Assembly: GCA_035340095.1 (NCBI GenBank)
Contig: DAORGN010000003.1
Location: 732 to 64,731, forward strand
Length of the DNA stretch: 64,000 nt
Reading direction: 5' to 3'
Origin: Pseudomonadota bacterium
GTDB lineage: Bacteria; Myxococcota_A; Polyangia; Palsa-1104; JAEUJZ01
Shown here piece by piece: positions 10,502-20,177 of the stretch. The translations under genes and the position numbers were made by a program. The notes beneath the pieces were generated by a model. It was given only the letters and a program-made list of their open reading frames with translations, searched no databases and was not told the DNA's origin. Numbering within the stretch: the first letter of the stretch is position 1; each line of letters starts with the position of its first letter.

Positions 10502-12817
10502 TTGTGCGGGCCGCCCATGAGCCTAGACCGAACCGAAACAGCGCAGCCACTTCTTCCGCTTCCGCAGCTTCCCAAGCTGCCGCTGCTCGACGGTCAGGTT
10601 CAGGTTGACGGCATTGTGTCGAGCCAGGTGTTCGTGTCGCCCGAAGCAGACTTTGCCGTGCTGCGGCTTGATGTCGCGGGACAGATTCGACCCGTGATTG
10701 CCGTCGGTGCGCTGGCCGGTCTGCGAATCGGTGAGACGGTGCGCATCATCGGTCGTTACGAACAGCACGACCGCTACGGTCAAAGGCTGCGGGCCGATCA
10801 AGCGCTGCCGCAGACGCCCGAGTCCCGGCTGGGTGTCGAGCGCTATTTGTCGACGCTGGCTGGTCTGGGTCCAGAGCTTGCGCGCCGCATCGTCGCCGAG
10901 CTTGGACCCCGCGCGCTCATCGCCCTGGAAGAAGAGACGTTTCGCGTTGCCCAGATCAAAGGGGTCGGAAAAAAACGGGCCCAGCGGGCGCTGATTGACG
11001 CTCGGGCTCGTCGAGAAGAACGCGAAGTGATGATCTTTTTGCAGGGGCTCGGGATTTCGGCAGCGTATGCGGCGCGGATTCGCAAGCAGTGGGGACAGAC
11101 GGCGATCACCAAAGTGCGCGAAAATCCCTACGCGCTCGCGCGGGAAGTCACCGGCATCGGTTTTCACATTGCCGATCGGATTGCCGCCGCGATGGGCGTC
11201 GAGCCGCTATCACCCTTGCGCTGTGTCGCCGGGGGAAGGCATGTGCTTCTCAGCGCCTGTGACTCGGGGCATTGCTATTTGCCGACGAAAGAGCTGCTGC
11301 AGCGAGCGGTGCAGCTGCTCACGCAAGCGCCGCCCGACGATCACGAGCCCAATCGACCACTGCCGCCACCCGACGAAAAACTGGTCGATGCGGTGGAAAA
11401 ATCGATCGAGACGATGCGCTCGCACGGGGAAACCGTGCACGAAGGTGATGCGGTCTATCTTTCGTCGCTGCACCAGCAAGAAGTTGACCTGACGCGGCAG
11501 GTGTCGCGGCTTCTGTCGACGATCCGTGCGCGAATTCCGACCATTTCGGAACACGACATCTCGCTGCGGCTGGCAGAAGGTCAGAAAGCAGCGCTTCTGC
11601 GGGTTGAAACGTCGCCGCTTAGCATCATCACGGGCGGGCCGGGAACGGGTAAGACGACGATCATTTCGGCGCTGGTGCGGGCGTATCTGCGCGCGGGGCT
11701 GCGGGTTTGCCTGACTGCACCGACGGGACGAGCGGCCAAGCGACTGTCGGATGCGACGGGCCAGACCGCCAAGACGATTCACCGCCTGCTCAACCTGATT
11801 CCCGGCGAGCGCGGGCGGGTGGCCAAAGACCTGGAAATTGATCTGCTGGTCTGTGATGAAGCGTCGATGCTCGATCTGCCGCTGGCGCTGACGCTTTTGC
11901 GAGCAGTGCCCGGTGGTGCGACAGTGGTTCTAGTCGGCGACGTCGATCAGCTCCCGTCGGTGGGACCGGGTCGTGTGCTGGCCGATTTGATTGATTCAAC
12001 CTGCATTCCGGTGACCCGGCTGCGCGAAATTTTCCGTCAAAAAGAAGGTTCGGGAATCATCGACAACGCGCAAGCGATCCTGCGCGGCGAGCTGCCTCTG
12101 TCGGCACCTTCCGACGGAAAATTGGCCGACTTTTACTGGATCGAAGTCGACGATGCGCAAAAATCGCGCGACACGGTGGTCAAGCTGGTGTCGGAACGGA
12201 TTCCGCAGCGCTTTGGTTTTGACCCGCTCACCGACGTGCAGGTATTGACGCCAATGCATCGCGGTGAAGTCGGAACCGAAGAACTAAACCGCGCACTGCA
12301 AGCCCAGCTCAATCCAGCCGCCAAACAGCCGCAGCGCCCGCAAGCGACGACGGGAGAGCCCACAGCCGACAAGCCAAGCACGCCGCAGAAAGTCTCGTTT
12401 TACGTCGGTGACAAAGTGATGCAGGTGCGGAACAACTACGAGCTCGACGTCTGGAACGGCGACATCGGCGTGATCATCGGGCGCGATGAAGAAGACGACC
12501 TTGTGCTGGTGCGGTTTGAAGACGAGCGGCAGGTCGCCTATGACGCCGAAGCGCGCGATGATCTGGAGCTGGCGTATGCCGTCAGCGTCCACAAAAGCCA
12601 AGGCAGCGAGTACAAAGCCGTCGTGGTGCCACTGCACATCCAGCACTTTCCGCTTCTGCGACGGAATTTGGTCTACACCGCAGTGACACGCGGCAAAAAA
12701 CTGGTCGTGCTGGTCGGCAGTCGTCGGGCGGTACGGCGCGCGGTGACCCAAACCGGCGATCTCCAGCGCTACACTGGTCTGCGCGAGCGGCTTCGCAGTA
12801 TGCTGCCAAGCGGATGA
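10502..12817 (+). CDS. recD2: RecD2-type SF1B ATP-dependent DNA helicase
   Basis: Walker A GGPGTGKTT, motif II VCDEASMLD, VGDVDQLPSVGPG, and the C-terminal AYAVSVHKSQGSEY...LVYTAVTRGKK. The start is uncertain (10502 or ATG 10517). Confidence 0.88.
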   Translation: MCGPPMSLDRTETAQPLLPLPQLPKLPLLDGQVQVDGIVSSQVFVSPEADFAVLRLDVAGQIRPVIAVGALAGLRIGETVRIIGRYEQHDRYGQRLRADQALPQTPESRLGVERYLSTLAGLGPELARRIVAELGPRALIALEEETFRVAQIKGVGKKRAQRALIDARARREEREVMIFLQGLGISAAYAARIRKQWGQTAITKVRENPYALAREVTGIGFHIADRIAAAMGVEPLSPLRCVAGGRHVLLSACDSGHCYLPTKELLQRAVQLLTQAPPDDHEPNRPLPPPDEKLVDAVEKSIETMRSHGETVHEGDAVYLSSLHQQEVDLTRQVSRLLSTIRARIPTISEHDISLRLAEGQKAALLRVETSPLSIITGGPGTGKTTIISALVRAYLRAGLRVCLTAPTGRAAKRLSDATGQTAKTIHRLLNLIPGERGRVAKDLEIDLLVCDEASMLDLPLALTLLRAVPGGATVVLVGDVDQLPSVGPGRVLADLIDSTCIPVTRLREIFRQKEGSGIIDNAQAILRGELPLSAPSDGKLADFYWIEVDDAQKSRDTVVKLVSERIPQRFGFDPLTDVQVLTPMHRGEVGTEELNRALQAQLNPAAKQPQRPQATTGEPTADKPSTPQKVSFYVGDKVMQVRNNYELDVWNGDIGVIIGRDEEDDLVLVRFEDERQVAYDAEARDDLELAYAVSVHKSQGSEYKAVVVPLHIQHFPLLRRNLVYTAVTRGKKLVVLVGSRRAVRRAVTQTGDLQRYTGLRERLRSMLPSG

Positions 12818-14079
12818 ACCACTTCCCCAACACCTCGTCGAGAAACTGGGCGTATGTCGCAGTGCTGCTGGCGGCGGTGGTTTCGACGTGGGCCTGTCTT
12901 GCGGCACCGCTCGACCTGGGTTTCGGTGCAAAAGGCGACGCTGCGGTGGACAGTGGGGTCTATCCCGACGACGGCCAAGGGCAAGGCGTGCTCGGGCTTT
13001 TTACCATCACCGGCTGTGGCAAGCTGACGTTCCCCGGCGACGAGCCACGCTGCGAGGGTCTTTCGCCCCTTTCGCTTCAGCTTGTACTTCTGCCCATTGG
13101 CGTGTCGAGCTATCGCTGGCAGGTGGTGCCGGCAAACGGAACCAGCGACGGTGGAGTAAGTGATGGCGGACTTGGTTCGCTGCTCGATGAAACGCAGAGC
13201 CGCAGCCGCAGTCCCAGCTTCACCCTGACGCGACCTGGCACCTATTATGTCAATCTTGCCGTCGCTGGACCCGGTGGCACCAGCAGCGCCAGCGGCCAGA
13301 TCATCGTCGGCACGGGCGATATCGGAGCCCCCTGTCGCAGCGACGATCAGTGCCAAAACGGTCTGCGCTGCCTGTGCGCGGCTGACAAGCCTGGTCGCGA
13401 TGGCGCCTGTCCGGGCTCGCTCGCAAGCGGACTTTGCACCAAAAGCTGCGACGGTGTCGCCTGTCCCACCGGCAGCGTGTGTCTGAACTTGTCGCGCAGC
13501 CAAACCGCACTTCCCGACGGTGGCAGCGGCGATGGTTTCCGTCAGCCGATCTGCGTCATGCCTTGCAGCGTCGACACCGACTGTCGCGCCGACCAAGTCT
13601 GTCGCGAGCTACCCCAGAGCAAACCCGGCGCTGCGGCATCGGCCCCGCTTCAGTTTGGCAAAGTCTGTTTTGCGTCCATCCCCGCGGGTGTCGGTGCAAG
13701 CTGCATCGGCCCTGACGAACAACCAAGCCAGAGCGACTGTGCGACCGGCATCTGCGAAGCGCTCGGTTCACACGATCTGTGCACCATTTCCTGCGGCGCG
13801 GGCTGTCCACAGTCTGCCGCGTGTGCGACGTGGAATGGCACCGTCGCCCCCGTCCCGAGCGGTCCGCGCTGCCTGGGCCGCTGCGATGCAAGCCATCCGT
13901 GTGCAGATCCACTGCTCGACTGTTTGCCCGGTGGTGGCAGCGGCGGTCTTGGCTTTACCCTGGTCGGCGAACCGATGATCACCCAAGTCTGCGCGCCGCG
14001 TCGCTGTAGCAAAGCCGCCGACTGTCCGGGCGGACGCTGCGTCACCATCGGAACGGCGTCATTCTGCCTGCGCAGTTAG
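12814..14079 (+). CDS. Secreted Cys-rich protein with a PKD-like beta domain (function unknown)
   Basis: ATGA overlap with the recD2 stop. It has a signal peptide (AVVSTWAC) and a PKD-like segment (SFTLTRPGTYYVNLAVAGPGGTS). Several C-x-D-x-x-C-type Cys-rich modules follow. Confidence 0.6.
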   Translation: MNHFPNTSSRNWAYVAVLLAAVVSTWACLAAPLDLGFGAKGDAAVDSGVYPDDGQGQGVLGLFTITGCGKLTFPGDEPRCEGLSPLSLQLVLLPIGVSSYRWQVVPANGTSDGGVSDGGLGSLLDETQSRSRSPSFTLTRPGTYYVNLAVAGPGGTSSASGQIIVGTGDIGAPCRSDDQCQNGLRCLCAADKPGRDGACPGSLASGLCTKSCDGVACPTGSVCLNLSRSQTALPDGGSGDGFRQPICVMPCSVDTDCRADQVCRELPQSKPGAAASAPLQFGKVCFASIPAGVGASCIGPDEQPSQSDCATGICEALGSHDLCTISCGAGCPQSAACATWNGTVAPVPSGPRCLGRCDASHPCADPLLDCLPGGGSGGLGFTLVGEPMITQVCAPRRCSKAADCPGGRCVTIGTASFCLRS

Positions 14080-15006
14080 GGGGCCCAAGCCCGCGCCGGC
14101 TTTCTCTTTTGGCGACAGCGCGCGAAATGCCGCAATCAGCGCGGCCATTCCCTGCGCAATGGATGTCGTCGCTGCAAAGCCAAGCAGTTCCCTGGCCCGC
14201 TGTGGCGAACCGACAAACTGCGTCACATCGTAGCTGCGCGCGGGCGCTTCGACGACGCGGCAGCGCCCACCGCCCGTTTTTTGCGCCAAGTCGGCCAGCT
14301 GCGAAAGCGTGGTGCCCTGCCCGGTCACAAGCTGAATCGGCGGCAACACCACACCACACGCCAGCCGATCGATCGTGGCCAAGATGCCGCGCACCGTGTC
14401 GGCAAGATGGGTGAAGTCAAAAACGTGCGAAGATCCATCGACGCGCAAAAGTCCGCCCCACAGCGCTGCACGCGCAAACGCCGGCACCACTCGATCGGCA
14501 TGATCGTGGGTGCTGCCGTACACATTGGAAAAGCGCAGCACCGCTGTGCCAAGTCCCAGCCCGCGCGCCGCAAAGACCCGCGCTTCCGCTTCGGCTTTGG
14601 AACGCCCATAGATATTGAGAGGCCGCAGCGCGGTGTCTTCCGTGACGGGAAGCTGGTCAACCTGGCCGTACACTTCGCGGCTGCTCGAAAACAGCAGCCA
14701 GGGACGATGGGCCTGCGCCACACACGCATCGATCACTTCTTGCGTGCCCAGCACATTGGTATCCCAGCACAGCGTTGGATCACGCTCGCCCAAGAGAACC
14801 CGCGAAACCGCCGCCAGGTGCACGACGCCATCACAGCCCGCAACCAGTCGACGGACCGAATCCCGAATCCGAACATCACCTGAACCCGCGTGACCTATCG
14901 GCAAACAGACATCGAGCCGGCGCACCGCGTCGCCGCGATCGACAAGCGCTTGCGCGAGCGCCGTCCCGATGAGTCCTTCCGATCCAGTGATGCCAATGAT
15001 CGCCAT
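14059..15006 (-). CDS. NAD-dependent epimerase/dehydratase family protein
   Basis: Rossmann motif GITGSEGLIG at the N-terminus and a YGRSK catalytic YxxxK. The 3' end overlaps the convergent gene by 21 nt. Confidence 0.85.
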   Translation of the reverse strand: MAIIGITGSEGLIGTALAQALVDRGDAVRRLDVCLPIGHAGSGDVRIRDSVRRLVAGCDGVVHLAAVSRVLLGERDPTLCWDTNVLGTQEVIDACVAQAHRPWLLFSSSREVYGQVDQLPVTEDTALRPLNIYGRSKAEAEARVFAARGLGLGTAVLRFSNVYGSTHDHADRVVPAFARAALWGGLLRVDGSSHVFDFTHLADTVRGILATIDRLACGVVLPPIQLVTGQGTTLSQLADLAQKTGGGRCRVVEAPARSYDVTQFVGSPQRARELLGFAATTSIAQGMAALIAAFRALSPKEKAGAGLGPLTAQAE

Positions 15007-15099
15007 CGCGTCTGCTTGCTGCCGCCGGGTTTGGGCCTTCCGTCAAAAGGCAAACCATCAAATCTTGCCACGAAACGGCATGCGCCAACGTGATAAGAT

Positions 15100-16038
15100 G
15101 TGAAGGTGTCTACTCTTCAGAAGCGGCTTCTTTCCCCCCGTAGAAACGCAACCTCCGCTAGGCTTCATCTTGCACTCCTTTTGTCGATTCCGATTGTCGC
15201 TAGCGCGTGCTCGCAGCCACTTGTGATTCGGTCCGAGCGCACACAAGCGATGATGCCGATTGCCAAAAGCAAGACGGTCGTCTTTGTGCACGGCATGTTT
15301 ATGACGCCGCTTGCATGGGAAAAGTGGGAAGCGCACTTCGCCGCCAAGGGCTATAAGACGCTCGCTCCGGCGTGGCCGCTGCACGATCTGCCGATTGAAG
15401 ATCAGCGCAAAAATCATCCACATCCCAAGCTCGGTGAGCTGACGCTCGACACGGTGCTTTCACATTATCGGCAGGTGTTAAAAGGTCTCGATGAAAAGCC
15501 GATCTTGGTCGGACACTCGATGGGCGGACTCATCGTCCAGATCCTGCTTGCCGAAGGCCTGGGAGCCGCAGGAATCGCGATTGATTCGGCGCCGCCCAAA
15601 GGTGTGATCTCGCTCAAATACTCGTTCCTAAAAAGCAACTGGCCGGTGATAAGTCCGAGCGCAAAAGTCAGCGAGCCGTTTTTCCCAACCCAACAGAATT
15701 TCGACTACAGCTTTTCCAACTGCATTCCTGCCGCAGAACAGAAATCCGCTTACGAACGCTTCGCCGTTCCAGAATCGCGCCGGGTGGGCAAAGCCCCAAC
15801 CGAAGATGTTGCAAAGATCAATTTCCAGACGGCACGACCACCGCTTTTGCTGATCGCTGGGAGTCTTGATCACATCATTCCGGCGAGTCTGAATCGATCG
15901 AACTACGACAAGTACGATCGCAGTCCATCGATCACCGATTTCCGCGAGTTTGAAGGACGCTGCCACTTCATCATCGGCCAAACCGGCTGGGAGGAAGTCG
16001 CGGACTATGTGCTCGACTGGATTGCCAAAAACCAGTAG
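15100..16038 (+). CDS. Alpha/beta-fold hydrolase, probable lipoprotein
   Basis: GTG start. Signal peptide with lipobox IVASAC. Nucleophile elbow GHSMGG, and VVFVHGMFMTP is typical of the fold. Confidence 0.8.
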   Translation: MKVSTLQKRLLSPRRNATSARLHLALLLSIPIVASACSQPLVIRSERTQAMMPIAKSKTVVFVHGMFMTPLAWEKWEAHFAAKGYKTLAPAWPLHDLPIEDQRKNHPHPKLGELTLDTVLSHYRQVLKGLDEKPILVGHSMGGLIVQILLAEGLGAAGIAIDSAPPKGVISLKYSFLKSNWPVISPSAKVSEPFFPTQQNFDYSFSNCIPAAEQKSAYERFAVPESRRVGKAPTEDVAKINFQTARPPLLLIAGSLDHIIPASLNRSNYDKYDRSPSITDFREFEGRCHFIIGQTGWEEVADYVLDWIAKNQ

Positions 16039-16112
16039 CAAAAAAACAGCGCACGCTTGACCGCACCGACATCCAAACACTGTCTCCTGCTCTTTCCCAA
16101 AAAGGACGTCGC

Positions 16113-17990
16113 ATGACCGCCGCCGCGTCTGCCCTTCCGCTTCTGACCAAAGAGGAGTGTCTGGCGCAGCACCCCTTTCCCAAGGAATTTGCCGCCGCAA
16201 AGCGCCTGGAGTGGTTCTGGCATTACGACGTTGATCTGTCGGCAAAAGAGTTGTGGACGCTGGTGGCGGATTCGTCCCGGATGAATCGCGCGCTGCAAGT
16301 AAGCGAGATGAAGTTCGAGGATCGCAACGGGCAGCGTATTGGCAGCTCGCGACCGGGCGGATTTTTTCATGAGTGGCAGGAAGTGCCGTGGAACTGGGTG
16401 GCGGAACGATTCATCGAGTCTGTCCGTATCTACCGCAGCGGTTTTTCCAAAGTGGTCTACGCCGTGTTCATGCTTCAGCCGCTCTCGACGGAAAAAACCC
16501 GTCTGTATGTCTATTTTGGCGCGGTTCCCAAAAACCCCCTCACCAGTCTGGCACTGCGTTTGGGATTCCCTTCGGTGGGTCGCGAATATGCAAAGCTTTT
16601 GCCACGGCTCGCTGATGAAGTGCGCGAACGTCGACCGCTGTCTTTGGTACAGCCTGGCCCCGGACTCAGCGAAGCGGCGCAGCAGCGACTTGCGACAATC
16701 CGTCAGGACTTGATCGCAAAAGGACTCGATGTCCGCGCGGTCAACCAGCTCCTCGATTGGATTGCAAACGGCGATGAACAGGAGCTGTTCCGCATCCAAG
16801 TTCGCGAGCGCGCGCGCGCCTTTCAGGTCGACGAAGATGCGCTGCTTCGGGTGTGTCTGCATGCGACGCGATTGGGACTTTTGGAACTAAGCTGGGACGT
16901 CATGTGTCCGCACTGCCGCGGTGTCAGCAAACAGAACGGCAGTCTGGGTGACATAAGTACGCAAGGGGCCTGCGAAGTCTGTCTTATCGACTTTGGTACC
17001 GACTCAAGTGATGCAGTCGAGATCACGTTTCATGTCCATCCATCGATCCGCGAGGTGCCGCTGCGGACGTTCTGTAGTGCGGAACCAGCGACGAAAGAAC
17101 ACATCCGGGTGCAGCACAGTGTCCCCCCCGATGGCAAGCAGATTCTCTTGCCGCCGCTTCCCAAAGGACGCTATCGGCTGCGCTGGCAAGGACACAAGCG
17201 CTACGGCTACCTGGATGTGGGGGTGCCAAGCGGTGCGCGTGAAATCGACTGGCGGACAAGCAGCCAGCCATGCGAGCTTTCCGTCGACAGTGACTTTGCG
17301 CTGCAGCTTCACAACGACAGCTCCGAAACCGCTCTGTTTGTGCTGGAGACCGCACAGTGGAGCGACTTGGCACTGCGACCTGGACGCATTTTTAGTCTTC
17401 AGGAATTCCGTGATCTGTTTCGGGAAGAGTATCTAAGCGCCGATGTTCAGCTTGCGATTGGACAACAGACGATTCTGTTTACGGACATGGTTGGATCGAC
17501 GGAGCTTTACGCAAAACAGGGTGATGCGGTGGCATTCCGTGAAGTCCGCCGCCATTTTGCCGATGTCTTCCGCATCATCGCGGAACATCGTGGCGCCGTG
17601 GTCAAAACAATCGGCGATGCGGTCATGGGCGCGTTTACCAGTCCGCTCGATGCCGTCCTGTCCGCCAAGGCCATTCACGACTGTTTTCACCCCGGACGGA
17701 GCGACTCACTGACCAAGCTGCGCATCTCGGTGAACGTCGGTCCGTGCATCGCGGTCAAGCTCAACACCGACATTGATTATTTTGGACACACCGTCAATGT
17801 CGCGGCCAAACTACAAAGCCTGGCCGGGGCCTGGCAAGTGGCGCTTTCCGATGAAGTGTATTTTGCCCCTGGCGTCGCTGACTGGCTGGCAAAAGAGCCT
17901 GCAAAACTAGAAGCAGTCCGTTACGAATCTCCTTCACTCCTTTCGCCGATCAGCGGCAAGCGCTGGACGGTCTACGAAGGAGGCCCGTAG
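16113..17990 (+). CDS. Cytoplasmic class III adenylate/guanylate cyclase with N-terminal sensor region and Cys4 zinc-ribbon-like motif
   Basis: C-terminal cyclase motifs TILFTDMVGSTELY, VVKTIGDAVMGAF and DYFGHTVNVAAKL. The central segment is CPHC...18 aa...CEVC. No TM segments are evident. Confidence 0.85.
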   Translation: MTAAASALPLLTKEECLAQHPFPKEFAAAKRLEWFWHYDVDLSAKELWTLVADSSRMNRALQVSEMKFEDRNGQRIGSSRPGGFFHEWQEVPWNWVAERFIESVRIYRSGFSKVVYAVFMLQPLSTEKTRLYVYFGAVPKNPLTSLALRLGFPSVGREYAKLLPRLADEVRERRPLSLVQPGPGLSEAAQQRLATIRQDLIAKGLDVRAVNQLLDWIANGDEQELFRIQVRERARAFQVDEDALLRVCLHATRLGLLELSWDVMCPHCRGVSKQNGSLGDISTQGACEVCLIDFGTDSSDAVEITFHVHPSIREVPLRTFCSAEPATKEHIRVQHSVPPDGKQILLPPLPKGRYRLRWQGHKRYGYLDVGVPSGAREIDWRTSSQPCELSVDSDFALQLHNDSSETALFVLETAQWSDLALRPGRIFSLQEFRDLFREEYLSADVQLAIGQQTILFTDMVGSTELYAKQGDAVAFREVRRHFADVFRIIAEHRGAVVKTIGDAVMGAFTSPLDAVLSAKAIHDCFHPGRSDSLTKLRISVNVGPCIAVKLNTDIDYFGHTVNVAAKLQSLAGAWQVALSDEVYFAPGVADWLAKEPAKLEAVRYESPSLLSPISGKRWTVYEGGP

Positions 17991-18037
17991 GAGCGAAGAA
18001 GTTCAGAAACGGACTGCTTAGGGGGACGACTGGGAGT

Positions 18038-18499
18038 CTATTGTCCGACGGACACGTTCACTTTTCGGGGCTGTGCGGCAGTGCGCTTGGGAATCACAAT
18101 GCTGAGCACACCCGCGTTCAGATCCGCTTTGACCTGATCCACATCGGCGCTTTCCGGTAGCGTGAACGTGCGCTGGAAAGAACCAAAGCTGCGCTCGACC
18201 ATGTAGTAGTTGTCGCCTTCTTTGCGTTCCTCTGCTTCGCGCTTTCCACCGACGGTGAGCCGGTTGCCGGTATGGGTGATTTCCAGATCCGAAAGCTTGA
18301 CTCCCGGCAGATCCGCTTTGAACAAAAAGGCGTCCTTGGTTTCTTTCACATCGAAGCTTGGCGCAAACTCCAAGCTGCGCTGAATTGCTTCCTGCGGCGG
18401 TCCGAAACGGAGCAGTCCTTCCATCACGCGGAATGGATCAAATTCCGAAAACAGCGACGGGAACTGGGTAGAAACAGGACGACGAACAACGGCGGTCAT
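18038..18499 (-). CDS. Hsp20/alpha-crystallin small heat-shock protein
   Basis: Start trimmed to MTAVVRRPV (ATG 18499) with a GGAGG 5 nt upstream. The alpha-crystallin domain is FDVKETKDAFLFKADLPGV...GVLSIVIPK. Confidence 0.92.
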   Translation of the reverse strand: MTAVVRRPVSTQFPSLFSEFDPFRVMEGLLRFGPPQEAIQRSLEFAPSFDVKETKDAFLFKADLPGVKLSDLEITHTGNRLTVGGKREAEERKEGDNYYMVERSFGSFQRTFTLPESADVDQVKADLNAGVLSIVIPKRTAAQPRKVNVSVGQ

Positions 18500-18686
18500 G
18501 GCTATCCTCCCAAAAGTATCTGTTTGTACAGAGAGTCGTTTTGCACAGCTCCCAATGCCGGACATATCTGCCGCATACGGAGCCGTACACAAGGTCTGTG
18601 TGAAACTGCAAGGGAAGCGGCGTGTCCGTCGTGGTCACGCACTCCCTAGCGGTCACTCAAACAGATAAGTTTTGGCCAAACGCGGA

Positions 18687-20102
18687 TCAAGGGGGGGTCG
18701 AAAGATTTTTTTTCAGCCGCGAAAAAAATCCCTGCTGGGTCTTTTGCAAAAGCGCTTGCGCAAGCGCTTCGGTAGACCAGTTCGACCAGACTTTCCCGTC
18801 GATGATCAGCCACATTCCGGGTCGCAGCCCAAGCCGCTGAAGCTCGGCCACGTCCGACATCACCTGATTGCGACCACGGGCGCTCGCCGCTTCCACTTTG
18901 CCAAGCTCGCCCCGTTTGCGCAGAAGCTGTACGACATCGTCGTAGCGCAAGACAAAGCGCCGCGTCATCAGATCGGCCACGTCTTCGAGCAGACGGAAAA
19001 ACAGCCGCGGATCGACGGCAGCCGTCTGGGCGATAAGCTCGCTTGTCCGTCGCGCCGCTGGCAAAAGTGGCGCATGCAGCACACACAGCCGAACTTTGTC
19101 GCGGAAGCGCGCCACCGCATCAAGCACCGCCCGCGTCTGCACGCCGGTCGGAAACGATTCATGATGGAAAAAAAGCACCAGCGTCGTCGGTGCGATCTGT
19201 GGACCTTGGCACGGCACACCATCGAGATGTACCCGCAAGGGCCGATTCGGAATGTCCCGCTGTGGATCGAAAGGCCCGCTGCCCCAGATCACGTCCAAGC
19301 GTCGCCGATCGTCATCAGGGGTCGTCTGAAGCTGTTCATACAGGCGGGTCAGCGGTGTCCCGTTTTTCAGCATGTCGTGCGCCCGCAGCCGCGCCGCGTC
19401 GATTTCATCCATCACCCGCAATTCGAGCTGCGCCCCGACCACCCGGCGGTCGTTGACCAGGACTTCGGGCATCTGCCGATTGCCGCGGGCGCTCGCCCAC
19501 ATCGCCGCAAGCTGCCGCTGGGTCCGATGCGTCCGCAACGACTCACGCAGCGACGCCGGATCAAAGCCATGCCGCGCCACCGCCCGCCACAACTCCTCGC
19601 TCAGCTCCCCCGGCACGGTCGGCGTGCTCGACACACCGAGCGCTGTCTGGGCACCGGGCGAAAGCCACTCGGGGTGTTCACACAGCTCCAACAGCAGCGG
19701 GAAGCACTGCGCGGGTTGCTCACCGCAGGCCGCGGTCCACAGCTCGGCGCCACGCTCGCCGCCACTGCGCAGCGGCAGAAACCGCACCCGGACATCACCA
19801 AGCAGAGGCTGCCGACGCACCAAGCTGCGCAGAAGTCCCGCCGGACACGTCCCGCCGAGTGTCCCGCTCACATCGACCGTCACCACGGCAAAGCGCGGGC
19901 CCAGCTGCGGCACAAGCGGCGGCGGCGCCAACCACACCTCCTGCGCGGCGTCCCCGGCAAGCGGCGTCGCCCAGCCCGCGCGCACCGACAGAACACACAA
20001 CACAGTGGCAAGCACCAGCGACAAAACAGCGCTCGTCCCGTCGCACAATGCACCCAAACGGCGCCCTGGCCGACCGATTCTCTGTTGCGCGTAGCGTGCC
20101 AC
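18687..20102 (-). CDS. Exported protein with two degenerate DsbA/thioredoxin-like domains
   Basis: Signal/TM segment AVLSLVLATVLCVL. Two regions resemble the DsbA layout and end in MPEVLVNDRRVVG and PGMWLIIDGKVW (the GTPtf-xNG position). Neither has a canonical CxxC. I preferred this strand over the co-extensive Arg/His/Pro/Gln-rich plus-strand ORF. Confidence 0.5.
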   Translation of the reverse strand: MARYAQQRIGRPGRRLGALCDGTSAVLSLVLATVLCVLSVRAGWATPLAGDAAQEVWLAPPPLVPQLGPRFAVVTVDVSGTLGGTCPAGLLRSLVRRQPLLGDVRVRFLPLRSGGERGAELWTAACGEQPAQCFPLLLELCEHPEWLSPGAQTALGVSSTPTVPGELSEELWRAVARHGFDPASLRESLRTHRTQRQLAAMWASARGNRQMPEVLVNDRRVVGAQLELRVMDEIDAARLRAHDMLKNGTPLTRLYEQLQTTPDDDRRRLDVIWGSGPFDPQRDIPNRPLRVHLDGVPCQGPQIAPTTLVLFFHHESFPTGVQTRAVLDAVARFRDKVRLCVLHAPLLPAARRTSELIAQTAAVDPRLFFRLLEDVADLMTRRFVLRYDDVVQLLRKRGELGKVEAASARGRNQVMSDVAELQRLGLRPGMWLIIDGKVWSNWSTEALAQALLQKTQQGFFSRLKKNLSTPP

Positions 20103-20177
20103 CGTGCCTTCGTCCTCGCTGCGTCCGTTACTCCATTGGTAGCCTAATCATCGGCTTTTGTGGTACACCGCAAGCCT

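Noticed and set aside
18500-18686. Search for a sigma-54 (GG-N10-GC) or heat-shock promoter upstream of hsp20
   Set aside because: A GGCAT...TGCAA stretch is present on the minus strand, but its spacing does not match the -24/-12 consensus. No promoter call is made.
19716-19727. CGEQ tetrapeptide, identical to the classical alpha-2-macroglobulin thioester motif, in the DsbA-like protein
   Set aside because: It sits in a thioredoxin-like context (ACGEQPAQC), not in an A2M TED domain. It is most likely coincidental.
18672-20147. 491-aa plus-strand ORF almost co-extensive with the minus-strand 471-aa ORF
   Set aside because: Its composition (runs of R, P, Q, H) is implausible, and it has no signal or motifs. 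The minus-strand product has a signal peptide and DsbA-like segments. The choice of strand is still only moderately confident.
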